In this document: piece by piece, positions 7,400 through 14,432 of the stretch
Layout: each line of letters begins with the position of its first letter
Position numbering within the stretch: position 1 is the first letter of the stretch
Source of the DNA: Oscillatoria salina IIICB1
Lineage (GTDB): Bacteria > Cyanobacteriota > Cyanobacteriia > Cyanobacteriales > SIO1D9
Reading direction: 5' to 3'
NCBI RefSeq assembly: GCF_020144665.1
Contig: NZ_JAAHBQ010000024.1
Location: 8,784-40,783, forward strand
Length of the DNA: 32,000 nt
Translations under genes and position numbers: made by a program
Notes under the pieces: model-generated
Database searches by the model: none
Told to the model about the DNA's origin: nothing
Seen by the model: only the letters and a program-made list of their open reading frames with translations

Positions 7400-8215
7400 T
7401 CAAATTTGTACGAATTCCTCTAAAAAACCTCGCTTTCCCAGTCGGGCTATGGAAGCTGCAACTGGTAATCTGGGACTGTCGAGAAGTTGTGCAATTTCGG
7501 TTACATCTGGCTGTCCAAATTGTTGAATTGTTTGTAAAACTTGGCGATCGAATATGACATTGCTAAATTCATTTTTCAGGATTGATTGAATTTGGGTAAT
7601 GACGATATTAGCATTATCAGCAGGGACACATTCACCACCAGTCAGAGTGGCGATCGCGTTAAAGGCTTCGTTCGTCAGGCGATCGCGCACCATAGACAAA
7701 CTATACACCTTCACCCGCTTATCTTCAGCCGTCGCCGTGACCAATTGTACATCTAAACCACTCGGACAACCATCGTGCCAGGAATCGCTACCTTTACCTA
7801 ATTTTACACCTCTATTTGTTTGCATCCATGCAGCAAAACCGTGAGGCGGCGCATCTCCTACCAAAATCGCAAAACGACAGCTATGTTTGCGCCAGCGCAT
7901 TTGCTGACAAGCATCCTCCACACCCCGGTAAACCGCCTCTGCACCATCGCCACCACCATCCGCCCTCAACTGGCGAATATGATTTTGCATCTTATGTAAA
8001 TTATCTGTCAAAGGATAGATGCGAGTAACAAAAGAAGTATCTTGCGGTGGATGATCGCGATATTCCACCAAACCCACTTGGAGATTGATATTATTGTCAG
8101 TGGAGAGAGTAGCGATCGCATTCAAAAGTTGTTGTTGGGCTACCTGAATAAAACTACCCATACTACCTGTAGTATCGACAACAAAACAAATATCAACATA
8201 ATTAAGACCCTTCAT
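7400..8215 (-). CDS. von Willebrand factor type A (vWA) domain protein with a C-terminal winged-helix-like tail
   Basis: MIDAS-type start 'DICFVVDTTGSMGSF', then 'GGGDGAEAV' and 'FAILVGDAPPHG'. Tail 'VTEIAQLLDSPRLPVAASIARLGKRGFLEE'. The ATG at 8215 has GGAGGAGGT 7 nt upstream (the ORF track begins one codon earlier at a TTG). Confidence 0.8.
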   Translation of the reverse strand: MKGLNYVDICFVVDTTGSMGSFIQVAQQQLLNAIATLSTDNNINLQVGLVEYRDHPPQDTSFVTRIYPLTDNLHKMQNHIRQLRADGGGDGAEAVYRGVEDACQQMRWRKHSCRFAILVGDAPPHGFAAWMQTNRGVKLGKGSDSWHDGCPSGLDVQLVTATAEDKRVKVYSLSMVRDRLTNEAFNAIATLTGGECVPADNANIVITQIQSILKNEFSNVIFDRQVLQTIQQFGQPDVTEIAQLLDSPRLPVAASIARLGKRGFLEEFVQI

Positions 8216-8326
8216 CAATTTTACCTCCTCCCAAAATAGATAAGCAAAATCTGATTTAATTAAAGCAAAAAAACAAACACCATTGAGTTAAAATAAAATC
8301 AAAACTAGCTATTTCATCTTACTCTC

Positions 8327-8641
8327 ATGCAACTCGAAGATTACTTTAACTTTCTTGATCCCGACGACATTCGGATCAAAGGACATCGCCTTGGCATCGA
8401 TAACATACTAGAATATTTTCTCGACGGATATACACCAGAAGAAATTGCTGCTATCTATCCAGAATTACAATTAGAAAAAATTTATGCCACTATTACCTAT
8501 TATTTGCACAATCGGTCGGAAATTGATGCTTATCTCCTTCGTTTGCGGCAATGGCGAGAAAAACGCTATCAAAAATCGTTAGAAAATCCCTCACCAATAG
8601 CACAACGCATCAGAAAAATTAAAGCACAACGAGCCAATTAA
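8327..8641 (+). CDS. DUF433-family small protein
   Basis: 'IRIKGHRLGIDNILEYFLDGYTPEEIAAIYPELQLEKIYATITYYLHN' matches my memory of the DUF433 pattern (G.R..v..IL..l..G.s.EEI...YP.L.lE.I.aal.Yy). No PIN/Mut7-C-type partner ORF is adjacent. Confidence 0.65.
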   Translation: MQLEDYFNFLDPDDIRIKGHRLGIDNILEYFLDGYTPEEIAAIYPELQLEKIYATITYYLHNRSEIDAYLLRLRQWREKRYQKSLENPSPIAQRIRKIKAQRAN

Positions 8642-8680
8642 GATGACAAAAGCCTGTAAAACTTTTGCCATCTAACTCAT

Positions 8681-10180
<1,500 letters not shown>

Positions 10181-10200
10181 CTAAATATTCTGCTGATTTG

Positions 10201-10253
10201 CCGCGCAAGTTCAAGAAACTTTGCTAACAACATTTCTACTGATTAGGGCGCGA
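10201..10253 (-). ncRNA. Y-RNA-like module a: minimal hairpin with no apical insert
   Basis: Minus-strand RNA 5'-CGCGCCCUAAUCAGUAGAAAUGUUGUUAGCAAAGUUUCUUGAACUUGCGCG-3'. It has the same conserved arms (CGCGCCCUAAUC / AACUUGCGCG) as the larger modules, closed by a ~12-nt loop. Confidence 0.5.
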
Positions 10254-10283
10254 CGACAACTGCCAAAATTATGTAATTTGGTC

Positions 10284-10407
10284 ACTTCGCGCAAGTCAGG
10301 AAAGCTGTTGTTCACACACGGGATTTGAACCCGCAAATGATGGAATCTAAATCCATTGCCTTTTCCATTTGGCTAGTATGTAAGCTTCCCTGGTTAGGGC
10401 GCGAAGT
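10284..10407 (-). ncRNA. Y-RNA-like module b: conserved stem plus a normally ordered tRNA-like insert (anticodon-loop UAG)
   Basis: Terminal helix ACUUCGCGC/GCGCGAAGU. Second helix CAGGGAAGCU/AGCUUUCCUG. Insert: D arm GCC-AAAUGGAAAA-GGC, anticodon arm AUGGA-UUUAGAU-UCCAU, T arm GCGGG-UUCAAAU-CCCGU. Confidence 0.65.
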
Positions 10408-10528
10408 AAAATCAAATTCGGTTGATTAACTAAGTAAAGTTCCGAAACGTTCTAAGCTCAGTTTCGTAAGCTAGATTATCTAAATGATTGTCGATTATTC
10501 ACATTTTAGCTAATTTTTTTAAGCTCAT

Positions 10529-10712
10529 TTTCGCACAAGTTAAAAAAGCTGTCTTAACTTTACGCCCGTCGTACACCAGCTTTCACTAGCACTGGACACG
10601 CAAACTTCTTCTCGTTAGAGAGTGGGAATGATATCGCTAATTCGGTCGCCCGAATATCGCTACCTTAGGAGCGTTATTTTAGTTTGTAAGCTTTTTCGGT
10701 TGGGGTGCGAAA
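10529..10712 (-). ncRNA. Y-RNA-like module c: conserved stem plus a ~140-nt insert resembling 23S rRNA domain IV (H69-H71 region)
   Basis: Terminal helix UUUCGCAC/GUGCGAAA. The insert contains AUAACGCUCCUAAGGUAGCGAUAUUC (complement of 10652-10677). From memory, this matches E. coli 23S AUAACGGUCCUAAGGUAGCGAAAUUC at 24 of 26 positions. A UUCGG-GCGA-CCGAA GNRA hairpin follows. Confidence 0.6.
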
Positions 10713-10804
10713 TAACTCCTTTTTTTAGTTAGTCTTTTCTTCTTTCGTATCCTTCATTTAAAAAATTGGCTATTTCGACCAAAAATAAGTTGGAAAATAA
10801 TTAC

Positions 10805-10924
10805 TTCACGCAAGTTGAAAAAGCTGTTGTTTTATACACAGGAGTCGAACCTGTTACTCTCTGCTTATGAGTCAGATGCTCTACCAATGAGCTAGTATGT
10901 AAGCTTCTTCGGTTAGGGCGCGAA
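10805..10924 (-). ncRNA. Y-RNA-like module d: conserved stem plus a normally ordered tRNA-like insert (anticodon-loop CAU)
   Basis: Terminal helix UUCGCGC/GCGUGAA (one G-U pair). Insert: D arm GCUC-AUUGGUA-GAGC, anticodon arm UCUGA-CUCAUAA-GCAGA, T arm ACAGG-UUCGACU-CCUGU. Confidence 0.65.
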
Positions 10925-11114
10925 TTAAATTTCATTTTTTAGATAACAATCGATTTTGTTTTCATTTCTTCTAGTTTTATTGAAGTTTTTGGGTTTATTT
11001 ACAAATGAGTGAGGCAAGATAAGTTATCTACAAACTCAACTTTTTCTTTGCTTTTAGTTAAACTGAGATTATTCTCAGAATGACCAGGAAAACAAACGAA
11101 TTTTAAATGGTTAG

Positions 11115-11253
11115 CCCGCGCAAGTTTATAAAGCTGTAAACAACGATCGCCGCTCTACCTAACTGAGCTAATTTCCCAACTGGAAAATATAGGATTTGAA
11201 CCTATGTCAAACGAATTCCAAATGTGTGTAAGCTTTACAGATTAGGGCGCGGG
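11115..11253 (-). ncRNA. Y-RNA-like module e: conserved stem plus a circularly permuted tRNA-like insert (YrlA-type)
   Basis: Terminal helix CCCGCGC/GCGCGGG. Insert order on the RNA: T arm AUAGG-UUCAAAU-CCUAU, acceptor 3' strand AUUUUCC, AGUU loop, acceptor 5' strand GGGAAAU, UA, D arm GCUC-AGUUAGGUA-GAGC. Confidence 0.65.
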
Positions 11254-11268
11254 AGATAAAGTTTTAAT

Positions 11269-11748
11269 TTAGTTTTGAGCTTGATAAGCTGCTCGGATTT
11301 TTCTAGATTTTATCTCACCACGTGCTAAACAACGAGGACAACCGCAGGGTTTTCTACCATGTGCAGTGGGGAAATATCGCCAACCAACTATTTGTGGTAA
11401 ATATCTGGCTTTACGAATTTCTCTTGCTTGGATTTTTCGCGGAATAATTACTTCGTAGCCGCTAGAATTTCCTAGTTTCATCAAGAGTGAGTTGGCTTCG
11501 TTTGCCGTCATTTCTTGATGTCTTTGATTGAAGTAACCTACTGAAACTATTTCGTTGTTTGGAATACGAAAGTAAATTCCGTAGATAGTTTTTGTGCCAT
11601 CGCGTTTGAGTTCTCGTAACCATTGATGTGAGGTATAAAAGTTAGGTAAGACTGGCATTGCATAAACGCCGTTGTTACTAATTTTGATACCTGTTCGCAG
11701 AATTGATTTTAACTTTTTTTCTGCGGTTAAATGGACAAAGGTAGTCAT
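11269..11748 (-). CDS. Hypothetical 159-aa protein embedded in the RNA array (possible H-Y-E ADP-ribosyltransferase-fold; Cys cluster and basic tail)
   Basis: Only substantial ORF between 10115 and 12551. ATG at 11748. It has 'FVHLTAEKKLKSILRTGI', 'IYGIYFRIP' and 'GYEVIIPRK', then 'CGCPRCLARGEIKSRKIRAAY'. No family was recognised with certainty. Confidence 0.6.
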   Translation of the reverse strand: MTTFVHLTAEKKLKSILRTGIKISNNGVYAMPVLPNFYTSHQWLRELKRDGTKTIYGIYFRIPNNEIVSVGYFNQRHQEMTANEANSLLMKLGNSSGYEVIIPRKIQAREIRKARYLPQIVGWRYFPTAHGRKPCGCPRCLARGEIKSRKIRAAYQAQN

Positions 11749-11781
11749 GAAATATCTGATTTAAGTGGAAGAAAAGGTTAC

Positions 11782-11900
11782 TTCGCGCAAGTTGAAAAAG
11801 CTGTTGTGTTATACAGGGGAATCGAACCCCTATCACCTGGTTAATAGCCAGTTGCTCTACCAATGAGCTAGTATGTAAGCTTTATCGGTTGGGGCGCGAA
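11782..11900 (-). ncRNA. Y-RNA-like module f: conserved stem plus a normally ordered tRNA-like insert (anticodon-loop AUU)
   Basis: Terminal helix UUCGCGC/GCGCGAA. Insert: D arm GCUC-AUUGGUA-GAGC (identical to module d), anticodon arm CUGG-CUAUUAA-CCAG, T arm AGGGG-UUCGAUU-CCCCU. Confidence 0.65.
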
Positions 11901-11927
11901 TTAACTCGCATGAAGCAAGAAGTTTTT

Positions 11928-12205
11928 GCTAAAATTGATGGAGATTTTTGGCTTTGCTCAGAATGACATTTTTGAGTTTTTTGGTAGTAGCTAAAATTGA
12001 TGGAGATTCTACTCCTACTCGCTTCGCGAGAAGCTTCGCAACGGAGAACGCTACGCGAACGCTTCGCTCAGAATGACAACTTTGAATTTTTTTGAGTTTT
12101 AGCTATGGAGATTCTATTCCTACTCGCTTCGCGAGAAGCTTCGCAACGGAGAACGCTACGCGAACGCTTTGCTCAGAATGACATTTTTGACTTTTTTGGT
12201 AGTAA
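11928..12205. repeat. Three tandem copies of a ~60-110 nt unit; copies 2 and 3 carry a ~52-nt GC-rich miniature element absent from copy 1
   Basis: Copies start at 11928, 11990 and 12102 (GCTA(AAATTGA)TGGAGATT...GCTCAGAATGACA...TTTTGG). Copies 2 and 3 contain CTACTCCTACTCGCTTCGCGAGAAGCTTCGCAACGGAGAACGCTACGCGAAC, where copy 1 has only TTTG. Confidence 0.8.
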
Positions 12206-12256
12206 CTAACATCTATAGTAATAGGAGATGATTTGTGACAAGATTTAATTTTCTGG

Positions 12257-12286
12257 TGTAGAGACGTTGCGTGCAACGTCTCTACA
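12257..12286. repeat. Perfect 14-bp-arm palindrome TGTAGAGACGTTGC-GT-GCAACGTCTCTACA (dispersed cyanobacterial palindromic element type)
   Basis: Read directly. Its translation gives the 'VETLHATSLH' string in the spurious ORF 12103-12297. A truncated relative (TGTAGAGAG...CTCTCTACA) occurs at 26588-26617. Confidence 0.85.
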
Positions 12287-12321
12287 AACAATGACATTTT
12301 TGGTCATAGTTTTAATGTTGA

Positions 12322-12471
12322 TTCCGCACAAGTTAAAAAAGCTGTTTTTACATTTGACGCTCTATCCTTTGAGCTACAACGGCTTAAAATGCCGTTGGTA
12401 GGACTCGAACCTACAACCTCCCGTTTAGCAGACGGAAAATGTTTGTATGCTTCCTCGGTTGGGGTACGGAA
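12322..12471 (-). ncRNA. Y-RNA-like module g: conserved stem plus a circularly permuted tRNA-like insert (YrlA-type)
   Basis: Terminal helix UUCCGUAC/GUGCGGAA (one G-U pair). Connector ACAUUU/AAAUGU. Insert order: hairpin CCGU-CUGCUAA-ACGG, T arm GUAGG-UUCGAGU-CCUAC, acceptor 3' strand CAACGGC, AUUUUAA loop, acceptor 5' strand GCCGUUG (perfect 7 bp), UA, D arm GCUC-AAAGGAUA-GAGC. Confidence 0.7.
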
Positions 12472-12551
12472 ATTAAACTTTTTACTGGTTAAAAAAGATT
12501 GAGAGTAAGCTTGATTTTTTTAGATCTTGCTATCTAAAATTTGGGCTTAAT

Positions 12552-12779
<228 letters not shown>

Positions 12780-12884
12780 TTAAAATAGAGCAGTTTTTTG
12801 GTTATGAGATTGTTTGCTTGATAAAACTTTGATTTATTTTTGCTTGTGGTGGTTTTCAGCTTGTTTGCTTGTGCCACTAAATTT

Positions 12885-12913
12885 ATACTACATAAATAAT
12901 ACAAGAGTGTCAA
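12885..12913 (-). promoter_or_regulatory. Sigma-70-type promoter on the minus strand (TTGACA - 17 nt - TAGTAT)
   Basis: Minus strand: TTGACA is the complement of 12908-12913, the spacer is 17 nt, and TAGTAT is the complement of 12885-12890. It points toward the 66-aa ORF and the RNA array. Confidence 0.5.
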
Positions 12914-13004
12914 GGGATGAGGGAAATTTTTTTTTGAGGTGGGTGCGAGAATGGGGCGATCGCGTATCCACCTAGCGCCGTAAGCGGGTAATAATAGCTC
13001 TAGA

Positions 13005-14261
13005 ATGAGGAGAAAGACCATTAAGATTGATTCCGACAAAGAGAAAAAGGTGTCTTCACGTCGTCCGATCGCGGTAGACTTGTTTGCTGGTGCGGGTGGA
13101 TTTTCCCTTGGAATTGAGCAAGCGGGGTTTGAAGTAGCGATCGCGGTGGAGTACGATCCCGTCCATGCGGCGGTTTATAGTTACAACTTCCCTCAAACTA
13201 AGGTTTTGTGTCGGGATGTCACCAGTTTGGATGCAGGCGAAATCAGACAAGCTGTAGGAGGAGAAATCGATTTAGTCTTTGGGGGACCTCCTTGTCAGGG
13301 ATTTTCATCGATGGGTAAGCGTAACCCAAAAGACGATCGCAATTACTTAGTGTTCGCTTTCTGTCGTTTAGTAAAGGAATTACAACCGCGTTATTTTGTA
13401 ATGGAAAATGTCCCTGGTTTGAGTCAGGGCGAACATCGACGAATTTTGCAACGGTTGAAACATGAATTGAAAGATGCAGGTTACAAAATTAGAGAACCCG
13501 TGCAAGTATTGAATGCGGCTGATTTTGGCGTCCCGCAAAAGCGCAAACGGTTATTTTTGTTAGGGTGGCGGTATAAACAGAAAGCTTTATTTTATCCTCA
13601 ACTGGAGCAAAAAGAGAGAGTCAGTGTAAGAGAAGCGATCGCCGATCTTCCGGATTTGGATTTTTTTCCTGAACTGCTGAATATTGATGAAATTGAGTTA
13701 AAAATAGAACTAGAAGTAAGTGATTATGTCAAGTATTTACGAGATTTAATTCCCGATCCTGATAATTTCGCTTATCCTCGTATTTGGAACCGAAATTTGT
13801 TAACTAGCTCTCGACGTACTCAACATAAACAAGAATCAATCGAACGCTTTCACTTAACCCAACCAGGACAACTCGAACCAATCAGTCGTTTACGAAGATT
13901 AGACTGGAATAAATGCTCTCATACTTTAAGGGCGGGAACAGGTATCGAAAGAGGTAGTTTTACTTCAGCTCGTCCCTTGCATCCAGAACGCGATCGCGTA
14001 ATTTCAGTTCGAGAAGCCGCCAGACTCCATTCATTTCCCGACTGGTTTCGCTTTCACTCTACCAAATGGCATGGTTTTCGCCAAGTAGGTAATGCAGTGC
14101 CACCCTTGTTAGCCAGAGCATTAGGCGCGGAAATTATTACAGCTTTAGGAATTGTCCCCGTAGTACCAGAAGCAAAAATTGCCCTCGGCGAACCATCCTT
14201 ATTGAGGTGGAATCAAAAACAAGCATCGTCCTACTGGCAGAAATTAAGCTCTTCAACCTAA
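13005..14261 (+). CDS. DNA (cytosine-5)-methyltransferase, apparently solitary
   Basis: Motif I 'DLFAGAGGFSLG', motif IV 'GGPPCQGFS', motif VI 'ENVPGL', motif VIII 'QKRKRLFLLG', motif X 'GNAVPPLLA'. No restriction-endonuclease-like ORF is adjacent. Confidence 0.9.
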   Translation: MRRKTIKIDSDKEKKVSSRRPIAVDLFAGAGGFSLGIEQAGFEVAIAVEYDPVHAAVYSYNFPQTKVLCRDVTSLDAGEIRQAVGGEIDLVFGGPPCQGFSSMGKRNPKDDRNYLVFAFCRLVKELQPRYFVMENVPGLSQGEHRRILQRLKHELKDAGYKIREPVQVLNAADFGVPQKRKRLFLLGWRYKQKALFYPQLEQKERVSVREAIADLPDLDFFPELLNIDEIELKIELEVSDYVKYLRDLIPDPDNFAYPRIWNRNLLTSSRRTQHKQESIERFHLTQPGQLEPISRLRRLDWNKCSHTLRAGTGIERGSFTSARPLHPERDRVISVREAARLHSFPDWFRFHSTKWHGFRQVGNAVPPLLARALGAEIITALGIVPVVPEAKIALGEPSLLRWNQKQASSYWQKLSSST

Positions 14262-14432
14262 GCCTGAGATAATTTTTGACAAATTTGAACTTAACACCGT
14301 AGAAATAGCGCCTGAGAGAGAAAAACACCAAAACGCGGAAAACCGATCCTCAAAGCTACGGTTAGGCGATCGCCGATAACTTGAACAATAGTTAGCCTAG
14401 AGACGAAGATAATTTCTAGGAGTAGATCTTAT

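Noticed and set aside
11678-11863. 61-aa minus-strand ORF overlapping the start of the 159-aa ORF and unit f
   Set aside because: It reads through the tRNA-like module f and the 5' end of a better-supported ORF in another frame.
10284-11900. Genuine tRNA genes (Leu-UAG, Met/Ile-CAU, Asn-like) on the minus strand
   Set aside because: The acceptor stems have only 5-6 of 7 pairs, with conserved mismatches, and run directly into a long conserved stem. The UAG unit lacks the long variable arm of tRNA-Leu. AUU is not a normal bacterial anticodon. Two sibling units are circularly permuted. Together these fit tRNA mimics better than tRNA genes.
12103-12297. 64-aa minus-strand ORF ('MSLFVETLHATSLH...')
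   Set aside because: It is composed entirely of the tandem GC-rich miniature elements and the TGTAGAGACGTTGC palindrome. This is a typical spurious translation of cyanobacterial dispersed repeats.
10201-12471. A repeat array that might be taken for a CRISPR array
   Set aside because: The conserved sequences occur as inverted arm pairs flanking each insert, not as direct repeats of fixed length. Unit sizes and spacings are irregular (53-184 nt units, gaps of about 30 nt to about 530 nt). The inserts are themselves structured (tRNA-like). No cas genes are present.
13005-14261. A complete restriction-modification system
   Set aside because: Only the methyltransferase is present. The neighbours are a 66-aa ORF and CP12, and neither is endonuclease-like.
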